Positions 21,749-31,341 of a stretch of DNA of 64,000 nucleotides are shown here, one piece after another. The stretch is from a virus (lineage: Duplodnaviria > Caudoviricetes). A program made the position numbers and the translations under genes. The notes beneath the pieces were generated by a model. That model was not told the origin of the DNA and ran no database searches. It saw only the letters and a program-made list of their open reading frames with translations. Every line of letters starts with the position of its first letter. Position 1 is the first letter of the stretch. The DNA lies in the IMG/VR virus record IMGVR_UViG_3300029305_005724, positions 159,866-223,865 of that record. One strand, given 5' to 3'.

Positions 21749-22906
21749 ATGATTTATACTTCTAGATATATTAAGACCGAGTCTGCTATTGAGGATGCAA
21801 TTCAGACTCCCGATGAAGTTGGCGTAGATCTCGACCAGGTCGAGAAGGATATTGCCGGCGATGAAGGTATCGAGGCACATGCTGACGAGGTTGAGGCTGC
21901 TGAGGAGGGCACCGTTGGTGATCCTATCGAGGAGGCATTCAACATCATGTTTGAGAGCGAGTATAACTTCAACTCTATTATGAGTGCTATTGGAGTTGCT
22001 GAGCTCAGAGAAGCTGCTATGGGTCGTGAGCTCGTTATGGAGGCTGCTGACGTTAAGGGCTTCTTCCAGAAGGTCAAGGATATGCTTGCGAAGATGTTCG
22101 CATCTATCACTAAGGCAGTTAAGACTGTTCTTTCCAAGATGGATGTTCAGGCTAAGCTTGACAAGAAGTTTGTTACCAAGCACGAGAAGGAAATCCTTAA
22201 GGGTGCTGAGGGTGCTTGGGAAGCTAAGGGTTATGTTTATGGCGAAGACCTTAAGAAGTTTGGCCATCTTCAGAACTCTGATGCACTTCACAGTGCAAAG
22301 AAGTATACCGATGCTGTAGAGAAGGCTATTGCTGCTGCAGCTAAGGGTGCTACTCTTGAGGAAGCTCGTGCAGATGTCCTCAAGGTTACTGGTAATGGTG
22401 AGGATATGCGTGGTCATATCATTAAGACCGTTGCTGGTGTTGATGCTGGAAGCATCGAAGATATGACCACTGAGCTTGTTAAGAAGATCCGTGGTGAGAA
22501 GGTTGATCTTAAGGGTAAGGTTAAGGCTAGCGATGTTATCGATATTCTTAAGAACGATAGAGAGACTGCTACCATTCGTGCAACCTACAATGAGATCAAG
22601 AAGAGCTACAAGGAGAGCCTTGCTATCATTACTAAGTGGGAAAAGGAAGGCCATGAAAAGTCCTATGCTGGTATTGTTGCCGGTGTTTGCATTCCTGGTA
22701 TCTCTGCAGTTAAGTTCGAGAAGAATGCACTCCATGCTACCTATGCTGTATACATGAAGATGGCTCGTGCTAAGAGAGCTCAGGCTCGTGCACTTGCTCA
22801 CAAGTTCTACAGCCAGGCTGGTAAGGATGATAAGGCTGCAAAGAAGGCTGAGAAGGGCGCTAAGAACGAGTCCGCTACTATCTTCGGTGGCATTACCATT
22901 CTCTAA
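21749..22906 (+). CDS. Abundant inner-head protein, paralog of 20639..21730
   Basis: Acidic propeptide; VMEA followed by FFQKVKDML helix; same codon bias. Confidence 0.65.
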   Translation: MIYTSRYIKTESAIEDAIQTPDEVGVDLDQVEKDIAGDEGIEAHADEVEAAEEGTVGDPIEEAFNIMFESEYNFNSIMSAIGVAELREAAMGRELVMEAADVKGFFQKVKDMLAKMFASITKAVKTVLSKMDVQAKLDKKFVTKHEKEILKGAEGAWEAKGYVYGEDLKKFGHLQNSDALHSAKKYTDAVEKAIAAAAKGATLEEARADVLKVTGNGEDMRGHIIKTVAGVDAGSIEDMTTELVKKIRGEKVDLKGKVKASDVIDILKNDRETATIRATYNEIKKSYKESLAIITKWEKEGHEKSYAGIVAGVCIPGISAVKFEKNALHATYAVYMKMARAKRAQARALAHKFYSQAGKDDKAAKKAEKGAKNESATIFGGITIL

Positions 22907-22939
22907 TATAATTCTAGCTTAAACTAGATTAAAATAAAG

Positions 22940-22965
22940 GCACCGTAGGAGAAATCCTACGGTGC
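22940..22965 (+). terminator. Intrinsic terminator
   Basis: GCACCGTAGGA-GAAA-TCCTACGGTGC plus T-rich tail. Confidence 0.85.
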
Positions 22966-23020
22966 TCTTCTTTATTAGCCGAACTTATAAATAAACGAAT
23001 TAAAAGTGAGGTATACAGCT

Positions 23021-25126
23021 ATGTTTAATTCAATATTCCTAAGCTCAATGCCCAAAGATAAGGCATTGACTGAAAATGTATTAAAGAAAGATCCTGTATC
23101 GACATATATGGAAGCAATTTTTGAGCATAACTTTGAAATGCAAACTATTGATGTCGATGAAAAAATTAATTATTATAGATCTCTTAAAGAACAGGCTTTA
23201 AATGAATCTACATCTCTTGTAGTTCATGAAGGCATTATTTCTGGGGTTAGAGATTTTATTGCTAAAGCTATTCAGGCTATTATTGATTTTATTAAGAAAA
23301 TAGTAGGCTTGTTTAGAGGAGCCCATGATAAAAATGCCCGTAGAAATTACGAGGCTAATAAGAGTGCTATTAGACGTGGTAATGCTATCTATAGCGATAA
23401 GAAGTACAATTTTATTTTCTATCATATTCCATGTAAAATTGATGATTCGTCTATAAGAGCTGCATCTCAAAATATTACAATGCAGATTGATAATATTTGT
23501 AACGGCAGTTCTGTTGATGCAGATAATTCTCTTGTTGAAACTGCATATATCGCTATGGTTAGGCTTATCTCCAAAAATAGAAGTCGTAATACCTATAATG
23601 AAACAGTTATTAACCATGAAATGTTTAAAGCATTTATTACTGCCGATATGATTTGGGCTGAAAAGAAAGAGGCAACTGTAAAGGAATTCGCAGATCATTA
23701 TTTCGATATTTCTAAAACTCCTCTTACAGAGCAGGATACAGCTAAATGCCTTGATGCTATTACCAAAGAACTTGAACGCTGCCGTAATAGAGTAAAGAAT
23801 GCAGATAACATCGGGGCTGATCAGAGGGAAAATGCTCAAAAGCTTGTAGCTATGCTTGATAGTCTTGTTAAGTCCTGGACTTGGTATTGCAATGAGATTG
23901 TTAAGAAGACGAATATGTTCATTAGCTATGCTAATAAAGCTGCTAATAAATTTACTCGCAATGTGAAAGAGTCAGCTTCTATTCATGGTGAAACATTTGA
24001 TGGCGATACCCTATTCACAAATGATGATATCAACGATTTTAATCCTACTGAATGGATGGATCTTGAGCTTACAGCTGAATGTTATGCTGCAGCATCTGAA
24101 ATGCTTGAATTTAGAAGAAATGTTGCTTGCCTTGAAGCTTCGATTATGGCTGAAAATTCTGCAGATACCTGGAGAAAACTTATTGCTATGCGTGAAGAAG
24201 CTGAAGAGAAGGCTGGAAACAAGATTCAGAATATTCTTGCTACTATTAAGAGAATTATTAATGAGTTTATTAATAAGCTAATAGGCGGTAATAAACTTCA
24301 TCTTAAGTATCTTAATGATAATAAAGAAACAATTGCTAAGCCTTTCAATTTCACATCAAATCTTATTGCAAGTGGAGATGTATTTAATGGAGCTCAGAGA
24401 GTTCAGACCAAATCTAATTTCTCATTTGATTATAATCGTATGAAGGAATGCGATAGTGACAGAGCTGTCTTTGAAAAGTTTATGCTTAGTAGCATGAATA
24501 GCGGTCTTAGGCAGGGATTGAAATGGGATGATGAGATTAGTATTTCGGAGTATTGTAAAGGATACTTTGGTGGTAAAATGCCTAAAGATAAATATCCTGA
24601 AATCACCATTCCTGCAGATAAAGTTAATGGATCTAAAGATGAAATGATTAGATTTATTAATAATGCTAAAGCAATTCAGGCAACTGTTAAAGCAGAACTT
24701 TCAAAGTTAGAAGCAGATGCTAGACAGGCACTTGGTTCTACAATGGGTCAGGCTGCTGCTAGTGCACAGGCCGATAACACTGATGCTAAACAGGAGTCTA
24801 TGTACTACTCCTATCTGTATGATAGATGGTTTACAGAGGCCGAATTTGAAGGTGGATCTGAAGAGAAAAATAATGAAGGAAACGCTGGAGCTGCTACTGG
24901 AAATGCTGAGTCCAAGGATAACGGTGAAAAAGATAAAGCCGCTGCATTTAAGAATTATATGAATGCATGTAAAGCTATTATGCTTGCAAAGGCCACGGCT
25001 ACTGAATTCATTACTAATGAATTTATGTGGATTATTAAACAGCATGTTTCTAAGAATGGACCTAAGAAAAAAGCAACTGCTGATGGTAAAGGAAATGCTG
25101 AACCTGCAGCAGAAGAAAATAAATAA
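23021..25126 (+). CDS. Inner-head protein with two paralogous modules
   Basis: GAGG before ATG 23021; LNES/VHEG and MREE each followed by an amphipathic helix; promoter at 22982-22993. Confidence 0.55.
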   Translation: MFNSIFLSSMPKDKALTENVLKKDPVSTYMEAIFEHNFEMQTIDVDEKINYYRSLKEQALNESTSLVVHEGIISGVRDFIAKAIQAIIDFIKKIVGLFRGAHDKNARRNYEANKSAIRRGNAIYSDKKYNFIFYHIPCKIDDSSIRAASQNITMQIDNICNGSSVDADNSLVETAYIAMVRLISKNRSRNTYNETVINHEMFKAFITADMIWAEKKEATVKEFADHYFDISKTPLTEQDTAKCLDAITKELERCRNRVKNADNIGADQRENAQKLVAMLDSLVKSWTWYCNEIVKKTNMFISYANKAANKFTRNVKESASIHGETFDGDTLFTNDDINDFNPTEWMDLELTAECYAAASEMLEFRRNVACLEASIMAENSADTWRKLIAMREEAEEKAGNKIQNILATIKRIINEFINKLIGGNKLHLKYLNDNKETIAKPFNFTSNLIASGDVFNGAQRVQTKSNFSFDYNRMKECDSDRAVFEKFMLSSMNSGLRQGLKWDDEISISEYCKGYFGGKMPKDKYPEITIPADKVNGSKDEMIRFINNAKAIQATVKAELSKLEADARQALGSTMGQAAASAQADNTDAKQESMYYSYLYDRWFTEAEFEGGSEEKNNEGNAGAATGNAESKDNGEKDKAAAFKNYMNACKAIMLAKATATEFITNEFMWIIKQHVSKNGPKKKATADGKGNAEPAAEENK

Positions 25127-25142
25127 TGTCCTCCAAAGCAAA

Positions 25143-25172
25143 AGACGAGTACAGATTTCTCTGTACTCGTCT
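25143..25172. terminator. Bidirectional terminator
   Basis: AGACGAGTACAGA/TCTGTACTCGTCT with A and T tails between convergent genes. Confidence 0.9.
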
Positions 25173-25180
25173 ATTTTTTT

Positions 25181-26386
25181 TTAGTATGGAGCTTTATCGA
25201 ATAAGAGCATTACGTTAGCTATAAATTCTTCATCTTGCCTAATATATAACTCTCTTTTTCTAGCAAGTAAATACCTTCCATTATATATATCATTATTGCG
25301 AACTTCTTTTGCATTAATGATATACTCTTTATTCAGTGTTAATACCGATGCATCAATATCTGCTTTCTGTACCATTATCTGAATAGCTGAAGAATTAATA
25401 GAAGAAACTGTATTATCAAGTATTCCTTCATTATCATTCATAATTCTAATAAATCTATTTTTTGCATTAACATTAGAATCTTCGCTAGTTCGAATAGATT
25501 TATTAAAAGACTGCCCAGATGCATTGACGGCGGTCACTTTAGAATATATCTTTTCTGAAAAATGATTATCTGAGATTTCACAGTCTTCCTCATCATCGAT
25601 CTCTATTTGATACATAGTGCGAGCTTCATTCATTGTCATACCTTGCTGCTTGGACTCAGTATTGTATGTCTGTCTTAGATTGATCATAACGGTATTAATC
25701 TCCTCACCTTTCTTGGTTATGCCCTTGCCAGATGAAGAGATTAAATAAGCACAATCAAAATCTATAAAAAATCTATATGGAGTATCATAGAAAGTTGCCA
25801 AATTATTAATATATTCAATAGATTTAGCAACACTATTCATAGGCGGTAAGAATTGATTTACAAAATTTATATTCTTTCTAGGCGGCTCAAGTACAACAGG
25901 AATATGCCCTGTAATATAATACATGAGAGAGCTTAGATTGCCATTAATAACTCCATTAAGATGCTTTTTATTTTTGTTTACGCAATCAAGACTAAGTAGA
26001 CCAATGGTAACAGTTCTATTGACATCTTCTTCTGCACTATATTCTTTTCCTCCATCATTTATATTGATGAAGTAGATAAATTTATCGGAAATATAGTTTG
26101 TATATAAATTTGGCATATCAGAGCTAACATTTGCCCTTTTAAGTTCAAAAATAATAGTACCACTATCTTGATTTCTATCCATTCGTTCAGCCAACTGATC
26201 TTCTAAAACTGCCGTTAAGAATATCATAGGCATATTCATTTCTTTATAATTATAGTCTATAGCAATAGAGCGTATTCTGTTATTTTCAATATTGAATACT
26301 TCTCCATCGTGTATAAATCTCATAGATGCGGTATATCTAAATACTGATGTATTTTGTGAATATGTTTCTTTTACAGTATTAGCCAT
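25181..26386 (-). CDS. Putative baseplate hub-like structural protein
   Basis: GGAGG RBS; beta-rich with YRFFIDFD and YNGRYLL motifs. Confidence 0.45.
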   Translation of the reverse strand: MANTVKETYSQNTSVFRYTASMRFIHDGEVFNIENNRIRSIAIDYNYKEMNMPMIFLTAVLEDQLAERMDRNQDSGTIIFELKRANVSSDMPNLYTNYISDKFIYFININDGGKEYSAEEDVNRTVTIGLLSLDCVNKNKKHLNGVINGNLSSLMYYITGHIPVVLEPPRKNINFVNQFLPPMNSVAKSIEYINNLATFYDTPYRFFIDFDCAYLISSSGKGITKKGEEINTVMINLRQTYNTESKQQGMTMNEARTMYQIEIDDEEDCEISDNHFSEKIYSKVTAVNASGQSFNKSIRTSEDSNVNAKNRFIRIMNDNEGILDNTVSSINSSAIQIMVQKADIDASVLTLNKEYIINAKEVRNNDIYNGRYLLARKRELYIRQDEEFIANVMLLFDKAPY

Positions 26387-26411
26387 ATATCATCACCTCC
26401 AAAAAAAAATA

Positions 26412-26440
26412 AAAGGTAGTACTAAACTTGTACTACCTTT
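26412..26440 (-). terminator. Intrinsic terminator
   Basis: AAAGGTAGTAC/GTACTACCTTT with a long U tract on the minus strand. Confidence 0.8.
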
Positions 26441-26459
26441 ATGTTCAGGCTGCTCTCTT

Positions 26460-27560
26460 TTACACTCTGTTAAGGTCTAACGGATACTCTTGGAAATATC
26501 TATTATTAATATATCGAACTTCATCAGGATTATAAAGATTTATAAGTCCTGCTGTCATATCCATAGATGCAATAGAATTTTCAAATAGCATAGTTTGATA
26601 ATTTAAATCAATAGCTGCAAATCTATTTGTGACTTCAGCTCCAGTTATACCTTTTATATTTTCTAGTAAACAGAATGGATTAGGCTCCATGAAAAAGATT
26701 GCATTGGCATTATAGCCATTTGAAAATATATTAGAAGCAACAGCATTCTCTAAAAGTTTGATAGCATTGTTTGCATTCTTTAAAGCATTCATACTACGAT
26801 CTCGAACTCCAGATACAGCTTGAAATATACTAAACATACGAAAGTCTAGAATAGTTTCAATTTGCTTCTTTACCCCAAGCTCTCCATATCTATATGCATT
26901 ATACAATGTGCTTTTTGTTGCAACCCAAGATACGTCTTCTTGCATTCTCTTTTTAGGTCTATACAAAAAGGTTCTTGGTTTAAATGCTACTAGCTGGTAT
27001 GCTAGATCATCTTTGCTATAGATGAGATTTGGAGATTTGTCTTCTTTATTTTTATTAATGATAGAAGATACAATTACCGAAAATTCATTTTCTTTATCAA
27101 TGACATAAAAAATATCATATAAATATGGAGTAAGAACTTTTATCATGTTTAGATTATCATCAATGAGATTACTGAGCATGATATTAGAATTTTCCATAAA
27201 AATATTCTTCTCATTGTATCTATAATAATTCACGAAAGCCTCTTTTGGTCTAGCTCCCCCATATACTATATAGACTTTGCTAGTAGTTTTATGGCGAGTT
27301 TCAAAATAAGCTCTTAGATGAATGGCAAGGTTGATCAAGGAGGATGCTATAACGCATGAGTCCTTGACAGAGATGTTTGAGCCTTGCCTATAGAGGCTTC
27401 TCAGGATAGAATAAGCATCTATAAAAATATTTATATCTCTTACATCAGTAGCTCCATATAATGCAAACTTAGTCATTTCATACATCCTATCATATTTGAT
27501 AAAAGATCCATACAAAAGGTCTGCAATATTTGGGTTGTACGCCTGAAAATTATCCTGCAT
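26460..27560 (-). CDS. PIN/FEN-like (RNase H/5'-3' exonuclease-like) protein
   Basis: IFIDAYSIL, VYIVY, ENEF and LIYSKDDLAYQL motifs. Confidence 0.5.
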   Translation of the reverse strand: MQDNFQAYNPNIADLLYGSFIKYDRMYEMTKFALYGATDVRDINIFIDAYSILRSLYRQGSNISVKDSCVIASSLINLAIHLRAYFETRHKTTSKVYIVYGGARPKEAFVNYYRYNEKNIFMENSNIMLSNLIDDNLNMIKVLTPYLYDIFYVIDKENEFSVIVSSIINKNKEDKSPNLIYSKDDLAYQLVAFKPRTFLYRPKKRMQEDVSWVATKSTLYNAYRYGELGVKKQIETILDFRMFSIFQAVSGVRDRSMNALKNANNAIKLLENAVASNIFSNGYNANAIFFMEPNPFCLLENIKGITGAEVTNRFAAIDLNYQTMLFENSIASMDMTAGLINLYNPDEVRYINNRYFQEYPLDLNRV

Positions 27561-27608
27561 TATCTCATCCTCCTCTCTCGGGTTTATATATACTCAAGGA
27601 GAAGTATA

Positions 27609-28022
27609 TCAAATAATGCTCTTAGGATCATAGAAACTTTGATCAAGAGAATCGATGCTTGCCGATGCAATTGAATCAAGATCTACTCCAGACTCCTCAA
27701 TAATCTCTTTAACAGCAGGGAAGAAATCTTCTCTATCTTTAAGGCCATTGAGGGTTTTTCTTGTGTCGCCATAACCATTTGTCAGAAGTGCCTCAATAAG
27801 ATTATCGGGCCCTTCTTCAGTCATGAATGCTACACCCTTTCCTGCGATTTCTTCTCCCTCACTATTCGTATACCATTTACGAATATCGAGTTTAAAAGGT
27901 CCGCTAGGAGACCATCTTAGTTTTCTCAAAGCCAAGAAACTATTCCCAGGGATCTCATCAAATACAACATTGAGAGATGGATCAATTTCTAGCTGAAATT
28001 CTTTCTTTCCACCAAATGCCAT
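27609..28022 (-). CDS. PC4/YdbC-like ssDNA-binding protein
   Basis: W..KLDIRKWY..GKGVAF signature; acidic tail. Confidence 0.8.
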   Translation of the reverse strand: MAFGGKKEFQLEIDPSLNVVFDEIPGNSFLALRKLRWSPSGPFKLDIRKWYTNSEGEEIAGKGVAFMTEEGPDNLIEALLTNGYGDTRKTLNGLKDREDFFPAVKEIIEESGVDLDSIASASIDSLDQSFYDPKSII

Positions 28023-28050
28023 TTTATTTATCCTCCTAATGATTAAAAAA

Positions 28051-28082
28051 GAAAGGCATGAAGAATAAACTTCATGCCTTTC
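28051..28082 (-). terminator. Intrinsic terminator
   Basis: GAAAGGCATGAAG/CTTCATGCCTTTC plus U tract. Confidence 0.8.
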
Positions 28083-28112
28083 CTATTATACTCAGAGACT
28101 AACCGTTTCAGA

Positions 28113-28883
28113 TTAGCGAGTATAACGATGGAACTGAGGAGCAGATGCCGCATAGATTCCGAGACTTCTCTGAATCTCACGAACAACACCAGTGTCAAGC
28201 TGGCAAACCTGCATGATGAACTCATTGCTCTTACCGGGAATCATGGTAGAGGGAGTTGCTACGTACTCGAAGCGACCATCATCAGTCTTGTCACCATAGA
28301 TCTCGGTGATAAGCTTGTTAAGGTCAAGACCGGATACGCATACAACAACTTCTTCCTTGCCATATGCAGACATAGGGGTGCTGATCTCCTGGATGTGCTC
28401 ATTCCAACGAGTACGATCGCCAGAACGCATGAACACTTCGAGAGCTTCCTTGGTGTCCTTGGTAACAACGAATGCATGGCCAATGCCTGCACCAGCTACC
28501 TTGTTATAACGCTCAGCAAGGCTGGGCTTGGAATCTTCCTTCTTCTCTGCGGCCTTCTTCTCATCATAGCCGTAGGGACGGAGGTTCTTGATTTCACCCT
28601 TGGACTCATCGCCCTGATCCTTGAAGTAAAGATCGACGTAGAGAGTTCCGATGGGCATAGATGCGGCTACAGTGGGAAGCGCAGATCCGTCATTGATACG
28701 GATGTTGCAACCATAGTAGTCATGGAATACGGGAGCGAAGAGCTCAGAAATAACCTTTGCCATATCGATAGTCGAAATGATATTGGTCTTCATGTCGCCC
28801 TTAAACTCGGGATGGTCCGAAACAGTGATTCTGCACTTTTCGGTCTTTGCGGTTTCGGTTTTCACGATTTTGCTGTCTGTCAT
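28113..28883 (-). CDS. Highly expressed hypothetical protein
   Basis: AAGGAG before ATG 28883; strong codon bias; early-type motif near 28971-28983. Confidence 0.75.
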   Translation of the reverse strand: MTDSKIVKTETAKTEKCRITVSDHPEFKGDMKTNIISTIDMAKVISELFAPVFHDYYGCNIRINDGSALPTVAASMPIGTLYVDLYFKDQGDESKGEIKNLRPYGYDEKKAAEKKEDSKPSLAERYNKVAGAGIGHAFVVTKDTKEALEVFMRSGDRTRWNEHIQEISTPMSAYGKEEVVVCVSGLDLNKLITEIYGDKTDDGRFEYVATPSTMIPGKSNEFIMQVCQLDTGVVREIQRSLGIYAASAPQFHRYTR

Positions 28884-29025
28884 GATACTTTCTCCTTGTA
28901 AAATAGTTTTTTTTGATTTTAATTCAGTGTTATGGATATTGTAAACTTCTATCCCTTCCACGTCATCACTATAATATTATATGTCTATTATTAAGTTTAA
29001 TTCTTTAATAATTAAACGTAAATAA

Positions 29026-29937
29026 TTAGATTTCACTCATAGATCTGGGAAGGTACTTTCCGTCTGCAGCATCATAACCACAAATATAAACTTTATTGAA
29101 ATTATCCTGAGCAGAAGAAATAAGCAAATATTTTCTATTGATCTTGCTTAAATCAATTTCTCTAGAATATTCTACAATATAAGTTTCCATAATATTAACT
29201 TTGAGTTCGTTCTCTAAGAAAAGAATATTCTCCATACTGAGACATTCATCCTCAGCATTTACAGAAAACGGTACTTCGGTAATGTCGAAACACTTTCTAA
29301 AGTCATACATAAAGTTATTTGTTATAAGAAGCTCTTTAAGACTAGAGCATATACCACAAACTTCTTTATCTTTAAATTGACCCACGAGAGCAGACGACAT
29401 TTCTTTAATTGAGTTATCATACTTGACATTGCTAAACAAAGAAAGAATATCTTCGAGCGTATCGTCAAGATATACTGCAATAGGTTGTGCAGATTTCAGA
29501 GCTGTGCATGTAAGCACAAGCTGAAAATCAAGATTAGCAGGACAAGTGTCCTGATTAACCGATACTCCAACATGAATAATCTTGTCAGGATTATTATTTG
29601 TAATATTTGTAAAGAAATCATAGATTCCCTGTCTACATACTGCAAAAGGTAGATCAGGTCTCTTAGGTTCTTTCTTAAAACTCTTGAGCGCTACAATTGT
29701 ATCAGATACTTCGCTATTCTTAACAATTGATAGCATAAAGAGTCCATCCGGTTTAAGCATATGATAATTGGATGTAAGGTATTCAGAAGACATAGATTTA
29801 TTTGTACCATCAGCCTGTTTATACTTAACCCTGTCCTTTTTATCAATATTTACTACACGGATTATCTCAAGTTCTTGATTATCATTAAACTTGAAGAATT
29901 TGCTACCCGTATAAATTGTAGGTTTCTTTTCATCCAT
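29026..29937 (-). CDS. Hypothetical protein
   Basis: GGAGG RBS; coupled to dcd. Confidence 0.8.
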   Translation of the reverse strand: MDEKKPTIYTGSKFFKFNDNQELEIIRVVNIDKKDRVKYKQADGTNKSMSSEYLTSNYHMLKPDGLFMLSIVKNSEVSDTIVALKSFKKEPKRPDLPFAVCRQGIYDFFTNITNNNPDKIIHVGVSVNQDTCPANLDFQLVLTCTALKSAQPIAVYLDDTLEDILSLFSNVKYDNSIKEMSSALVGQFKDKEVCGICSSLKELLITNNFMYDFRKCFDITEVPFSVNAEDECLSMENILFLENELKVNIMETYIVEYSREIDLSKINRKYLLISSAQDNFNKVYICGYDAADGKYLPRSMSEI

Positions 29938-29938
29938 A

Positions 29939-31237
29939 TTAAATATCCTCCTTAGGCTTATAAAATCTACTTGCTGTAGCTTCTTCCTGTTTATAATATC
30001 TGCCTCTATAAAGTTTTCCTACCTTGCCACAAGGCTTAAAATAACAAACCTGAGCAATATCAGTATTTGCATATATACGAATAGGCTCTACAACAGTAAT
30101 CTCAAGCGTCCATGTGCCATCAAATCCAATATCTCCAAATCCTGCACAAACATGAACAGAGATACCAAGACGGCCACCAGATGAACGGCCATTAATCATA
30201 GGAATAAATTTATCACTCCAAGTTCTTTCAACTGTACGCCCAATATAAAGAACTCCAGGCTGAAGAACAAGACCTTCTTCAGGAATTGTCAATTCAATAG
30301 TCTTATTCTCTTTCATCATATCAAGAGGAGCAAGAAAATCTTTCTTAACAAAGTTATTCTGAATATAATCACGAAGCGAAGAAATATAGTATTCAAGTCT
30401 TTTTGTAATATCAGAAATCGATCCGATAAACTCATTTCTAAGCTTAGTATCAGCTTGCTTTCTAGCAATATCCGTAGAAATGATCTTTTTATCTATAGTA
30501 TCGAATGCTTTATCAATCTGCTCAAATTCATTTTCAATATGAGCTGTAATATCATTAATATTTCCGCTGAAAGAATCTTCTAGCAAATCGATCTTATTAA
30601 GAACATCATCAATTCTATTTGTGACTGCATAAGCAACAGGTTCTACTAGATTCATAATTCCATTTTCTTTGGCATAAATATTGCCTTTAGAATCTTCATA
30701 TAGTTGTTTATCATTAACAAATTCATATGCTGTCTTAGCATTTTCAGAATTATTAATTCCATCTGCTTCTGTATTTTCATGGAAAAAGCTTAATTGCTCG
30801 TTTTCTATTTCCGAAGATTGAGTTTCTTTCTTTTGGCAACTCGTTTTAAGAAGAATTGTATCGAACTTTCTAAACATTTCAGCTTTAGATTTGTTCTTAA
30901 TGCTCTTCATAATTCTATTAGACTTATTCTCAATACCACTAGCATCAATAGAATTAAATGAATTTCTTGATTCAATAGCTGTAATTCTAGAATCTAGAAT
31001 TGAAAGAATAGATTCAAGATCTCTAATAAAATTAGGATCTTGGAATTCTGCATCAGGTTTTAGGATGTCTGACCTATCAGAATCTCTTGCATATATAAGT
31101 AGCTGGGGGTGTAGCTTAAGATTATAGCTATTTGGGTTCAAAGCCACAGGATCATAGGGAGTTATTCCTATATGACCTTTTTTTATTTGCTTTTCAATTT
31201 CGGCACCTGTTAGCATGCCACCATTTCTAAAACACAT
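29939..31237 (-). CDS. dcd: dCTP deaminase (trimeric dUTPase superfamily) with ~250-aa insertion
   Basis: MLT..EI..I..ITPYD..LNPNSYNLKL, GRSSGGRLG, AGFGDIGFDGTWTLE, IAQVCYF and YRGRY motifs. Confidence 0.9.
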   Translation of the reverse strand: MCFRNGGMLTGAEIEKQIKKGHIGITPYDPVALNPNSYNLKLHPQLLIYARDSDRSDILKPDAEFQDPNFIRDLESILSILDSRITAIESRNSFNSIDASGIENKSNRIMKSIKNKSKAEMFRKFDTILLKTSCQKKETQSSEIENEQLSFFHENTEADGINNSENAKTAYEFVNDKQLYEDSKGNIYAKENGIMNLVEPVAYAVTNRIDDVLNKIDLLEDSFSGNINDITAHIENEFEQIDKAFDTIDKKIISTDIARKQADTKLRNEFIGSISDITKRLEYYISSLRDYIQNNFVKKDFLAPLDMMKENKTIELTIPEEGLVLQPGVLYIGRTVERTWSDKFIPMINGRSSGGRLGISVHVCAGFGDIGFDGTWTLEITVVEPIRIYANTDIAQVCYFKPCGKVGKLYRGRYYKQEEATASRFYKPKEDI

Positions 31238-31305
31238 ATTTATCTCCTCCAAATATGTAAATTTTGATTATTACTAAGTTTAGGCTCTATTATTTTATAA
31301 AAGAA

Positions 31306-31335
31306 AATGGGATATCTATTTCTAGATATCCCATT
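31306..31335 (-). terminator. Intrinsic terminator
   Basis: AATGGGATATCTA/TAGATATCCCATT. Confidence 0.75.
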
Positions 31336-31341
31336 AATTAT

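Noticed and set aside
20633-22801. 722-aa antisense ORF
   Set aside because: It is a shadow of two strongly codon-biased plus-strand genes that avoid TTA/CTA/TCA. It has no RBS and is Ser/Leu-rich.
30330-31087. Intein or intron in dcd
   Set aside because: No C/S...HN termini, LAGLIDADG motifs or group I core elements were seen
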